A stretch of DNA of 60,359 nt, filler included, from Hausera hauseri (taxonomy: Eukaryota), in assembly GCA_046269625.1 (NCBI GenBank). It is 12 parts of 12 records of this genome, joined end to end, with 100 filler letters (N's around TTAATTAATTAA, not from the genome) between each part and the next. Parts side by side here need not be neighbours in the genome. Positions count along the whole stretch, not along the records: positions 1 to 3,981 come from JBJURY010841968.1; positions 4,082 to 10,875 come from JBJURY010064884.1; positions 10,976 to 16,792 come from JBJURY010183861.1; 9 more parts are not named here. One strand, given 5' to 3'. Below the pieces are notes generated by a model. It worked only from the letters and a program-made list of their open reading frames with translations. It did no database searches and was not told where the DNA came from. Each line of letters starts with the position of its first letter. Position 1 is the stretch's first letter. The translations under genes and the position numbers were made by a program. Shown here in pieces: positions 1-11,809 of this stretch.

Positions 1-1150
1 ATGGCGATATCCCATCATTAAGGCAATATGTTCTGGGAATTCTCTGGCTAATATCAGGTCATACTGGTTTAATTTTTGAATGATTTTACGGTCTCTCAAC
101 ACCATCATGTTATACAACTCAGCTAAATCCATTTTTGCGGTGTGATAAATATAATCTATCTTGTTATTTGTATATGGATACCACTTTATATCTTCAGTTG
201 ATAACTTCCCTGTATTTGAAAGAGTTACGTTTGTTACGAATAAATCTTCATAGGATGTGGAGTAAACTGCATTCGATCCTCAAGTGGATACTGCTCCTTT
301 ACGTGTTAGTACGATTCCGTATTTGTTACTAGATGACATTAAAACTTTTAAGGAAGTGGTCTGTTTCAAGGTTCGTGGAGTAGGTAGACTTATATTATGG
401 TTACGCACAGGTTCTTGATATTTCTCGTCGTATTATAAATCACCTTGTATTTCATACATAGATGCTTGTTTAAGGAAAGCTAGTGGACATAGTACGATCG
501 TCTTTTTCCAGACTAGTGTAGATTTTCCTAAGGTACACACTCTATCGGAATATGTACAGGATGGTGCGGTTAACATTTTTCATGTAATTGCATCGAAATT
601 TGCTTTATATTCTTTTATGGTGACGGTATAATCTTCTATTTGTACTACAGCAGATTCTTTTTCTCAATTTATCATCATACTCTCTCCTTTACAAGTTCCA
701 CCGTATCCAGGCCATATATTTCAGCTGTAACTATGCGTGAATAAACTCGTTTTCCTATGCCTACTTGTACTGGCTGTTGAAGGCCTACATGGATTGAATC
801 CGTAGCTTTTATAAAATTTTCGACTGTTATTGTCAGAGGTTTAGGTAATCCTGGTAGAATAATTACTGAATTCCATGAATTATGGCCTTAGTTTAAGGTG
901 AATACTATTTTATTGACTAGACATTCATTTACTGAACTTGTTGGTAACTAATTCGTTGATATAAGTTATAGTTGTAAGGACCTTCTTTCTTTAGTGATAT
1001 TGAGTTAGCGTTTTGACATTTGCCTATAACCACCAGTGAAAGTCTGGCTATTATTTCCGGTTTGGAACAATCATAGGCTTCTCACGCTTTCGTGGTTTTT
1101 AGGCTGCTAACAGCGATTAAATATAGTATCAGGTGAATAATTTGTACTAC
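1..1150 (-). pseudogene. Class III (chuvirus/herpes gB-like) envelope glycoprotein, N-terminal half, with upstream hydrophobic signal
   Basis: WVVQIIHLILYLIAVSSLKTTKA*EAYDCS (AYDCS at 1064-1078) resembles the N-terminus of chuvirus-type G proteins. Cys-containing ectodomain; homologous to ORF 26655-27458. Confidence 0.75.
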
Positions 1151-1194
1151 CCAATCTGAGACACTGGTATCTCTAGGATACATTAGAGTTGTAG

Positions 1195-1590
1195 GGTTAA
1201 ATTTCTTGAGGATTTCATCCCAACCTCCTTGTTTGGTTACCAATCTTTCATTAATTTATCCATGTGATGGGCTAAGTCCCTTAATATATTGTGTAACTTG
1301 GCATCAACCTCTGTTTGGTCTTTGAAGCTGACCACTATGCATCCCAATGTCATTAGTAGTCGGTTTTGATCACATTCCTTTAAAGATATTGTTAGTGCTT
1401 TATTTAAACCTCCTTTTAGTTTGTATTTCTGTAGCAATTTTGTTAGTTGCGATGAGAAATTTCTAGCGGTTCCTGTTATGGACTTTAATGGAATCGTTGT
1501 AATTGTTGGTATCTTCTTGTGTTGATTTGGATTAGCTTTCTTGATTAATTGTTCTAGAAGTTCATGAGTTGTTAATGTTACCTGTTTTAT
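1195..1590 (-). pseudogene. Bcl-2-family-like domain (one -1 frameshift at about 1239)
   Basis: Manual translation: TTHELLEQLIKK (BH4-like) ... ITGTARNFSSQL (BH3-like) ... CDQNRLLMTLGCIVV (BH1-like) ... KLHNILRDLAHHMDKLMKDW[V/I]TKQGGWDEILKKF (BH2; GGW at 1220-1228). NI-to-W spacing is the same as in Bcl-2 [24 protein letters not shown]. Confidence 0.65.
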
Positions 1591-3981
1591 CTATTTCACT
1601 TTGATCCGATGTTTTTGTAGCCGGATTTTTTGTTCATTCTCATCATCACTAAAGGTAAATCGTTGGAAGTTATTGTATAATATATCCTCTAGTGCTTCTC
1701 GTTGTTCCTTACGCTTTTTAGACAAAGATCTTTTCTTCCTTTGTGTTTCTGGCCTTTCTTCTTCAGGATTTTCTTCAACATCACTTATGGGGTTAAAATC
1801 GAATTTTCGTGATCTTCCTCCCTTTTTCTTAGTACCAAATTCCATGGTAATCTGATGAGTTTTCCCGGTAATGAGTCCATAATCCACCATATAATCATTG
1901 TCAGCGGCTAATCTACCGTAAACATGGTTTTCGCTATTATATTAGTTTCCAGATCTAATTCACCTACTTCGGAGATCTGCTGTTACTTCAATAACTTGTT
2001 CCCGCTTGTTGGTTTTAATTTCTATACTTATAGTATATGGTTGTTTTCGTCTATATTTTTATCTTAGGTCCCTACCAAGAGTTTCAAGTAGCTTTTTTGC
2101 CACTGAAAAGCAGAATATATCGTCCTTTGTTAGAGGCAAGAGTAATGGTGCGCACTATATTCGGCTGGCTAATGATAGTGGCTCATATTGTAGTAAGGCA
2201 TTCCATACCTTGTTAGGTGCTGAATCAATCATTTGTAGTTTGGTTTTAATAATTTCAGTCATTAATTCTGGGGTTCACCATGCACTACTGAACCTGAGGG
2301 AATATTCATTTCCGGGATATTTCTTGGGTTTTCAATTGGTAATCATGTAGTTTCGGAATATTGGATCATATCTTGTGTAGGAATGAATTCATCGTCCTCT
2401 AGAATCTTAAATACTTCATCTTTGTCTATGTCTTTTGTTACATTTGTTATCGGTGGTCCCGATTTAGATGTACCTGGTTGTATTGAATCAAAAATGGTTT
2501 CAAGTAATGTCGGTCATTCGGGTGGTACCTTAGATTGGGATAATGGTGCGACTAGTTTGTCGTTATTAGGTTCTATCCATTATCCAGTTAGTCTTGTTCT
2601 GACGAGCTCATGTGAGTATTTGTCGGAATCCATATCCGGGTGCCTTTGAGCGATTGGTTTGATTACTGGGATTGCTTTTGCTTCAGTTGTCTTTTCGAGT
2701 TTCCGAATTGCTGTGAAGGCTATTTGTAGCGTCTTTTGTCTTTCTATTATCCACGGTATAGTGTATTCCTCTCGCGCAGTTTTCAAGTATTCGTCTCTAT
2801 ACCTTTGTGCCCTAATTACTGAGTTATGACCATAATATAGGTCCAAACATTTGTAAGTTATGTTGGTTTGTTCCAGATCGTAGAAGGCTGTTAGATTTGT
2901 TGAATTTATTTTCAACGTATTCAGTAGTTTTGGCAATTGGCGTCGAATAATTACTTTTCCCGGTCAATATTTATTTATGAATTCACTTACTAATTCTTGT
3001 CGTTGAGGGTTGGACCGTCCACTATATTCGGTATACTTTGTAGTGTCTGGTATATTCGGATACACATGAATATTGAGAATTGTTTTTCCTTCTAAGTTTT
3101 AGCAGTGACTTGAATAAGTCCCTTTTGATCTCCTTTGGTTATGCATCTACCTGTTAGTATTATTTCTCTATACTGAGTTACAGGTTCATCTACAGGTAAT
3201 ATAGATGTTTCCTTAAGCAACTGTATTAAGTATAAAGAGCAGTTATCTAGGGGTTGAATTTGACAATCTCCTTCGTAGGGATAATTAGGAAGTATCATAG
3301 TTTCCTTGGAAATGATTACTATTTTACTGATTTGTAGCCGGACTTGTCCTTGATTAGTAATTATAGCACATGCCGAGTCATTCCTTTTAATCTGGATATC
3401 AACATTCTTTAAGTATGCTTTATCAATACCTTCCATACAAATCAGTCCTTGTTTAGAAATATCTTCCAACTTTCTTCGGATAGACCTCTTGTTAGCGAAT
3501 ATTTTATCCCAGTTTTGAACTGTATCTATGTCCAGACGTTGTAATTTTACTTCCGGAATCAGGATGGTGGTATATGTTATTTCTCGTTGGAGATGTCTGT
3601 CATCTTTATACAAGGGTCGACTTGGAAAAATATAATATGGTGATACTTGACAATTAAGTTCAATTTTGTATTCTTGTCGTAGATGGGTTAATCGTTGAGG
3701 TAATGTATCTTCTCTTTCCCACTGATCATTTCGCAAATTAAAATTCTGATTTACATTAAACGTACCAAAGATATCTGTTTTATTTAGCTGTATTTGCTTA
3801 AATAGTCATGGTGAATTGATTCCAACAATGAGTTTTCTACAGAGTAACTGTCTGAGGCTGTCAGCGCATTTTTCCTTTTTGAGATGTACATTTTTTAATT
3901 CAACTATCAAATCACCTTCTACGTTCTCCATTCTTATTCGATTGATTTTTGATTACTGTTCGTCTTCGATAGTTTTTTCTA

Positions 3982-4081
3982 NNNNNNNNNNNNNNNNNNN
4001 NNNNNNNNNNNNNNNNNNNNNNNNNTTAATTAATTAANNNNNNNNNNNNNNNNNNNNNNNNNNNNNNNNNNNNNNNNNNNN
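3982..4081. other. Artificial contig-joining spacer; identical copies at 10876-10975, 16793-16892, 21531-21630, 26324-26423, 31539-31638, 37322-37421, 41390-41489, 45473-45572, 50275-50374, 54977-55076
   Basis: Exactly 44 N + TTAATTAATTAA (stops in all six frames) + 44 N, seen 11 times. Confidence 0.98.
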
Positions 4082-5189
4082 GACATGGTTATATTTTTCA
4101 TTATTTCAAAATTCCTTTCGGCGAATAATGAGTTTATATTTTATGAAATTTTAACAAAACATTAACGAAACGTTGTTAGTTGAGTAGTGGTTGAAAATTG
4201 GTGGAAGAGATTCGGAAAATATTTTCAGTTGTCAAAATTTTTATAATTACTCTGTGGGTTGGAAAATGAACAAGTGCAGAAATGATGTCAAATTTACGTT
4301 ATTTTGGGTTGTCGACGTTGTCGTCCTGTAAATAATTCTTTGATTATGCAAACAGACGGATACTTCCGATAGTAATGAAACGGCGCTTTTATTGAGTCCT
4401 CGAAATCGGGACCACCGCTTGAGTAGGCGTAACCCGTGATTCATTCTACACACTCAAAAGGTCTCTCGACAAATGTGATTTTTGTAAATTAAAGTAATCA
4501 AACTTGGAACAGACAGAGAACTAGACGAACTTTGCACCATCATCCAATGAGTTTTTCATTTGTGTTCCACTGATCGAATAGAAAGGGAAAAGTAGTGACG
4601 TATTCGACTGCCATCGAGTAAAATTCTCAGGAGAAATTTTCGTTTAAAAAATGCACCATTTGAGACTTACGCGCAGCAATGCATATGACTGACAATTTTC
4701 TTGCCAGATACTTCTCATTGTCGCTGGCTCGGATCTCAAAATTTTCCATTTTCTACCTTTCTTTTTCCCCCATTGCCCAGTATGTGCATTTTGAATCTGC
4801 TTCTTTCGGTCCATCGCGTGCCTTGTTCGATCCAAACAGCTCCCAACATTTAAGAATTCAATCAGTAGTTACTGCTACTTGCCAGCAGAACATTTTTAAG
4901 CACACAAAAGCCCAATACAATCGATCGACATATAAGACCGAAGTAGGTCAACAGCAGAGATGATTGGAGACACCTGGAATCGCAGCACGGCACCTGATAA
5001 TGATGAGACCATTGATATATCAGTAGTCAGTAGTTTACGTGTTAATTGCATATTGTTGATTCTGGTTTCCCACAATTTTTTAATATTAACCAACTCGTTG
5101 TTTTTGTATCTTCCCAGAAGTGTATTCAATTGGCCACAGTTGTTATTCTCATTAGTAATACCCTAAATTAAACAATTTGATATTTTCAG

Positions 5190-8100
5190 AGGTTCCAGGA
5201 AAAACTTCTTGGAATTTTCCATTAGATGACTGCTCTACTGGCGACATGGACATCCTTGGCCTGTACAGCCAGGTTGATTATACTGGTTCAGTACATTCTG
5301 GAGATTTGGAAGCAGAATATAATTTTCAGGAAGCTGCGTTTAGAACTTTTGTTCGTTATCTTACTAATTTTACCGAGAACAAAAATAAGTTACGTGTAAG
5401 AAGCGCTGAAGTGTATGATACATATACTGTCTCTAAAACATATGTCAATGTAAGCTCTTGGCAGTTTCGTACCTCGACGGAGCCATACAGTTACTACAAT
5501 GATTATAAACCCTATTTTTCGATATCACAAGAAAGCATACAAACTATTCTAGAAATGAAGATTACATTTGTTCGACGTTTGTTTTCTGAAATGGAAGGAG
5601 TCAGAGAAAACGCTACCAAGATTGCAATAATTTTTTACAGAGAAAATGAGTTTTCATACGACGAACTGAGAAAACTACCCAAATTCATGCAACAACAACA
5701 ACAAGAACATCAGCGTAGCGGTATTAAGTTGTTTGTTGTCATTATCGATCGTGAAAAGACGTTGGATACTACCAGTTTAGGCGATGTACTCCTGGTCCAC
5801 GAATATAAGAAAATTGTTGAAAATCAACTATTGGTTATGGCGTTATGTAATCAATGCTTTGTATTCGAAACTAAAATTTACATTAACCGCTTAAGTTCTG
5901 GCACTCTAATTGATAACCTTGATACCGTCAGTGGAGTTTCACTGAAACTGAATCACTGGAACACAGACCTCTCCTGCTATACTTTCTGGGATAACTCTAA
6001 AATGATGCTTCCTAGTTATACTTCAATGAAAGCAAAATGCCACTACCGAAATGAACATTTAGCAACTGTAGAAAGTCTACAAGAGTTGGAGACCCTACAG
6101 ATTAATCTATATTTAAACATTCTCAACAAACAAAGAAGTATATTTCCTGACAGCGATTCACCTTCTATGGCAGTGCAAAACGTTTTCATTGGCCTTTTTA
6201 AAGGCAATGATGAATTTGCAGAAAGATTTCACTGGAAACTATCATCTGATCCAGATCGTTATAGATTTCGGTGGATTCATCATTGGATGAACGATAAGCC
6301 ATCAGGGCTAGACCAAAGGGTGGTTGTGTGGCAATTTTCGAGTAACTGGACAGATAACGGAGACGTTTACAAAGGATTAGATGAACCCTGGATTAAGCAG
6401 AATCATTTTATAGATGGCTGGGTGGATTTTTCAGAAAATTGGGATACAGCTTCTTATTCTCTGTGCGAGTCGACTCTTCAACGGAAATTAGAAGAAAACA
6501 GAATGATTAGAATAGAACCAGCCACAGAAAAAAGTTTTAACAAGATATTAACAAGCAGTGATTTTATTGTATACAATAGAAACATTGTGTCTGTTGCAAG
6601 TCATGTAGCAAACGCGAGTTTTCTTAAATATGTAAAAGATATAATGAAAGAATTTCCAGTCTTTAATTGTGGAGAAGATGCAGAAGAACCACGATACATT
6701 TCATACACTCACGTTTGTGACACCGTCGACCATTGTAGCAACAGGCGCGATGAAATCAGCTGCATCAAATTTGATGACGAACATCGTTACTGCTCGTCTG
6801 GTCCAGATTTGAAAAACTCGTATTTTGTGTGTGATTTTATCACTGATTGTTCCTATGGCAACGATGAACAAAATTGTTATGATAAGTGCACAGGTAAGTA
6901 TTGCACTAGCAGTAAATGTATTCTTTTACAGTGGCTGAACGACAACGAAAACGACTGCAGTTTTCAAATCGATGAAAATGTAGTAGTGAATAGGTTTTTA
7001 AAGGAAAACCTGACATGCGCCTTTATTTGTAATCGGGACCAGTGTGTGCTTTTCTCTCAGCTTGACGACGGTATCACAGACTGCATTGGTCAAGAAGGAC
7101 CATTAGATGAAACCATTGGGAAACTTGAACCAGCAAATTCTTGCTTTAATTTACTGGGTCATGTGATTTGGGCCCCGAAGTGTGTATATATCAAAGACAA
7201 CTACGGAGCTATCATTGGGTGTAGAGATATGTCTCATTTTAAAAACTGCACATCGTTCCACTGTCCAGAAGGATACGCTAAATGCCCGAACAATTATTGC
7301 ATCCCTCAACATTATGTCCTCGATGGAAAAGAGGACTGTCCCTATGGAGAAGATGAGAACAAATTTAGCACTATGCCTTGCTCTGGAAACTTCGAGTGTT
7401 GGAACAGCCTTATCTGTATACATCCTAACTTGGTCTGTAATGGTCACTCTGATTGTCCTTATAAAGACGATGAAATAAACTGTGACATGCCTTGTGCTGT
7501 TGGTTTTCACTGTGTGGCAGGAACAGTTACAAAGATAGATTACAACACATCGCTTCCTCTGTTAAATGTCGATTTTATTGACAAAAGAACAAAATACCTG
7601 GACTTGTCTGGTATTGATTTATCTGGAGACAATTTTAAAGGTCAGAAGGTCATTAATATTATAATGAATAATCTTTCACACTCCACTGAGATCTATTTGT
7701 CCAAATGTAAGCTTCATACATTTGTTTTTCTCGAAAAATTCCATATTTTTAACACTCAAAAGTTGGATATTAGCTATAATTTGATTCAGATCTTTGATGG
7801 AAACGAAGGGATAAATTATTATTTTCAAAATCTTCGCCACTTAAACATTTCCTTCAACAAAAACCTCACCGCGGTCAAAAATCTGGCTTTTAGTTTTCTT
7901 CAGCTGCTTGACCATTCAAACACAGGTCTGTCGTATTTTAATGAATCTGTATTCAACAAACTGCAACGTTTACAGCATGTCAATCTAAGTTTTACAAATA
8001 TTGCTAATTTCTACAAACAAGTGTTTCCACCAAAGTTCACACTTCAATCTGTAGATTTACGTGGGATTCCTATATTTGATTTTCATGAAGATTTGTTTCG

Positions 8101-9127
8101 TGGCATGACTGTTAATCAAGCTCTGCAGGCTGACAGTTTTGAAATTTGCTGCCCTCAGATCCGAGGTGCAAATATCGAGTACTATAGTTGCCAAGCACCA
8201 GAGGATGCCATATCGTCGTGTGTTAGTTTGATAGGAGACACAATTCAGCGTGTGCTTCTCTGGATGATGGCAGTTGTTTCTGTTCTGGGGAACTTGTTAA
8301 TAATTTGCCATCGCGTAATCTGGGACAGGCCAGTACTTAAAACGGCGTATGGTCTGTTTGTGACAAACCTTGGTGTATCTGATTTTATAATGGGAATCTA
8401 TCTATTTATAATTGCGGGAGCAGATAATTACTACAGAGGCAACTATGTCCTATTTGACAAAACTTGGAGAGAAAGTTTTGCTTGCAAAGTTGCAGGCTTC
8501 CTGGCAACTCTGTCTTGTGAAACATCGACACTATTTATAGCCCTTACCACCATTGACAGACTAATTGTAATAAAATTTCCTGTCCATGAAAAACAGTTGT
8601 CTCCATTAAGAAAATTAGTGCTGACTGTCTTGTCTTGGGTGCTTGGTTTCATACTATCAACAATTCCATTCTTTTTCAACTATGACACGTATTCTTCTGG
8701 AGCTGTATGTCTGGGCTTACCTTTGACACATAAGCTACACAATGGCTGGAAATTCTCTTTTGCTGTGTTCATTGTTTTTAATTTCTTAATGTATCTCATC
8801 GTTGCTTGCTGTCTGATCACCGTGAGACGTACTATGTCAGAGCACAAAGTTGTCGATTCTGTAGCAAATAATAATTCTTCAGGAAAAGCAGGTGACAAAA
8901 CATTAGCCACCCAGCTGTTTCTTTTAACCACGTCCAACGTCTTGTGTTGGTTTATCATCGGTGTTATGGGCTTCGTGTCATTAAGCAGTATAGGAATCAA
9001 CAACGGTGTTTATGCTTGGGCAACAGTGCTGATTCTACCCATTAACTCTGCTATAAATCCTATTCTGTATACTGTCCCAGTGGTAATGGTCAAATGGGAA
9101 CAGTTTAAATACGGACGCTCCAAATAA
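5190..9127 (+). CDS. GRL101-like LDLa/LRR class A GPCR with N-terminal VWA-like and C-type lectin-like domains; giant terminal exon, 5' exon(s) not identified
   Basis: 1316-aa ORF. C-type lectin motifs (CY...AKC...HLATVES...VFIGL...LCE), multiple LDLa repeats (CD...HC...DE..C), LRRs (LDLSGIDL, LDISYNLI), 7TM with TIDRL and SAINPILY. Acceptor-like ttttcag at 5183-5189. Confidence 0.9.
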
Positions 9128-10565
9128 AACGGGCTTTTGATATTTAATGTCTTCATTTGTGCATTAAGTGAAGCCGTTAGTCTTCGCGTACCAGCTCAGA
9201 TGAGATAGTTTGACCACATTGGTTAGGTAATTAGCATATAATGTGTCATCACCACCACATTCTGAACACCTCCTTATGTGCTATGATTTCCGACCCAGCA
9301 GAAACCCCTGTGTTACTATACTAACCACTAAGGTCCTGTGCTGGTTCACCTTGTATTAGATCCACAATCATTGAACGTCCGCTCTTCCTGGTGCTGGATA
9401 ACCACCCTCTTCACAAATCATGGTTTGGCCTAGTATGTAGAATGAGTGCAGAATGCCTGTCAAGAAAAGCATGAAAACAACCTCCACAACGAACTAGGAA
9501 AAGAACAATACGCTAAACCCAAAAAAACAGAACATACTCTTATACACCTTCAGACATGAACTGAATAATTGTACTTTATATTTTATTGGTGTATTATATT
9601 GATTCTTGATGAATGTAATGTTCTTTTGCTTAATCGTAAAAAACTACTGTTCTTCTATTTGGAGGAGTTTTCTTTATGGAGTTTTTTGTCGAACGATTGA
9701 TTTATGTTTTATTACGAGTGTGTGTGTTGTCTTTTTCATTATCTGAAACTTACAGAATAAAATTGGTTCACTATACTGGAGTTATTACTCTGTTGCTGCG
9801 GAGTTATATATTTTAAAGGACTGCGTTTCCCACTAACATGTCTTAAAATCATTCATCCCTACAGCAAAGACCAAAACGCAGTCCAAATTAATAATATTAC
9901 GTTTTCATGATTCACTCAAGGTTTCCCATTTAATTTGCAATAACCGTGCATCATTTAAAGATAAAAATAAATATATTAACCCAGTATGTTGAGTTTATAT
10001 TTTATAAAAATGTATTATCTTAAGCAGAGAGACGATAAAAGATACCTGGTAATCATTGAGCATTCGATAACATTACATAGAACAGAAATGTATTATTTCT
10101 CCAGTTTACCGCGTAACATTTAAGACACGTTACTTCTTATAAGAGAGCAGATATCTCTGCAGGCTGTGGTGGATATTAAACAGTGTCTTAGCGGAGAGAC
10201 GCAGGCAACTTAAGACATAAGAATAAGCAGACGATGTGAGACATAACACTTAAGACACTGCGTCCTGTGATCCAGTGAGCCCATGTTGATTGTAGATACA
10301 CGTTTATAAACAATATCTCAGACAATGAAACTTAAAGTAGACAATTTATTGTCAGATTTCGTTATCCATACGCTTTGTTTTAATAGCAGCCTGATAAAAT
10401 AACGGTAGCAGTGACAATCAATGATACTGATCTGTGTTATAGCAATTATCCATTACAGTCTATAAAATATTGCAAGGTCAGTTCAGGAAAAGATAACTGA
10501 TGTTAGTGATAATTAGTCCTCGAAATTGCATATAATACATACGCGATTATTAATTTACGCATACC

Positions 10566-10875
10566 CTCATCATCATTATCATTATCATCAAGTGCCACGC
10601 TCTGAAGCTTAGATCGTCATGGATCTCCATCTCTTGCAATTCTTGGTGTATCCAATCATCTCTGCTGTTGACTTACGTCCAAGAATTGCAAGAGATGGTT
10701 CACGCAAACCATCCAAACTCGTCATTCTGTGTCGTCCACTACTTCTATTTCCTGGTATTTAGCCTGTGGTGACCAAATTCTCCAGACCTTCTATTCTTAA
10801 AATATGGCCAATCGTAGATGTTTGTCTCTTACTGATCTTATTGATAAGCATTCTTTCTACGTCTGCTTCGTGTAA
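10566..10875 (-). mobile_element. RTE-clade LINE 3' fragment with (TGA)n-type tail
   Basis: Minus translation INKISKRQTSTIGHILRIEGLENLVTTG..GR is typical of the RTE C-terminus; microsatellite tail at about 10566-10590. Confidence 0.7.
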
Positions 10876-11176
10876 NNNNNNNNNNNNNNNNNNNNNNNNN
10901 NNNNNNNNNNNNNNNNNNNTTAATTAATTAANNNNNNNNNNNNNNNNNNNNNNNNNNNNNNNNNNNNNNNNNNNNTAGGTGATGTTGTAGAACACAGTCT
11001 GTTATTATATGCCTACTCTGAGTTGAGTCTGTTATTCTCTGTGAACCCCAATAAAGTTTTTTTTTATTAAAGTTTCTTATTGTCTGTTCAATTCCTTTAG
11101 AGTTTAGACTGGAGTCTAATATTCTCTTCTTTGGACAAAGCCAATATTTGTTGTTAATTTCTCATAGAGTTAATGA

Positions 11177-11462
11177 AAGTAAGTAAAGTCCATTGTACAC
11201 GCCTAAGCAGGTGTAAAGGCAAATGTGGAGTTAGTGTCCACATATTTTCCTAGACATCGGCACGTAATTGGGCTACGTTGTCAGCATAACGCCTGGCCGC
11301 CTTTACTTTCCCAGAGAATTTCTCCGTTACCCATTTTTGAGGCTGGGTGTGCCCCTGAAGCCGTTTTGATTTAATAAAAATTCAATACCCACAGATGGTA
11401 TTGAACCCGTAACCACACGATCGGCAGATGAGCGCACTAACCGCAACGCCACCGCGGCTCCC
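11177..11462 (-). mobile_element. tRNA-derived SINE with 14-bp target-site duplication
   Basis: Head GGGAGCCGCGGTGGCGTTGCGGTTAG...GGGTTCAATACC (A and B boxes); short TTAC-repeat tail; TSD CA(T/C)AGAGTTAATGA at 11163-11176 and 11463-11476. Confidence 0.85.
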
Positions 11463-11809
11463 CACAGAGTTAATGAGCCGATTACTATTTTTAGATGGAT
11501 TATTTTCTGTTCACTTCTTTTGTTTACTACGATTAGAGTAGGTGAGTTTCTTATTCTTTATTCGCCGGTTTTAATGTCTATTATTCTTTTTTTTTCTTTA
11601 GACACACACAGTGAGGATACAATAGATAAAACAGTCGATTTATTGTCTGCTTTCTTTTGAAATTCATTGTAAGGAATCCTAGATATCAATGCCTTTATTA
11701 TTACTACTCACAATGAATGGCAGTTTATGTTATGACATTTGATCTCCTCATCGCTTCATAACCAGCAACTCAATCAAATTAAACCTTCCGAGAACATGTA
11801 TTTTTCATG

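Larger units (their letters stand above)
1..3981 (-). mobile_element. Decayed 5' part of a large enveloped Ty3/gypsy-type retroelement polyprotein (unknown region - Bcl-2-like domain - TM/signal - glycoprotein N-half)
   Basis: Minus-strand ORFs 3092-3736, 2580-2936, 1591-1890 and 1237-1437 join into one long reading frame broken by isolated stops and frameshifts. Bases 1-806 are colinear with, and clearly homologous at nucleotide level to, 26424-27230, which lies upstream of PR-RT-RH-IN. Confidence 0.8.

Noticed and set aside
2006-2649. Plus-strand ORFs 2006-2350 and 2383-2649, and similar shadow ORFs (7151-7510, 8680-9003, 19037-19697, 56853-57095)
   Set aside because: They are antisense to better-supported coding frames and have no motifs.
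3982-4081. Repeated TTAATTAATTAA motif as a biological repeat, and gene neighbourhoods across the gaps
   Set aside because: It is a fixed-length artificial spacer, so adjacency across it carries no biological meaning. ORFs containing X are artefacts at those ends.
4082-5170. Coding or transposon content upstream of the GPCR exon (also 41490-42900 and 40850-41389)
   Set aside because: Only short ORFs without recognisable motifs; no call can be supported.
11390-11462. tRNA gene
   Set aside because: It is a degenerate tRNA-like head joined to a SINE body and bounded by a TSD.
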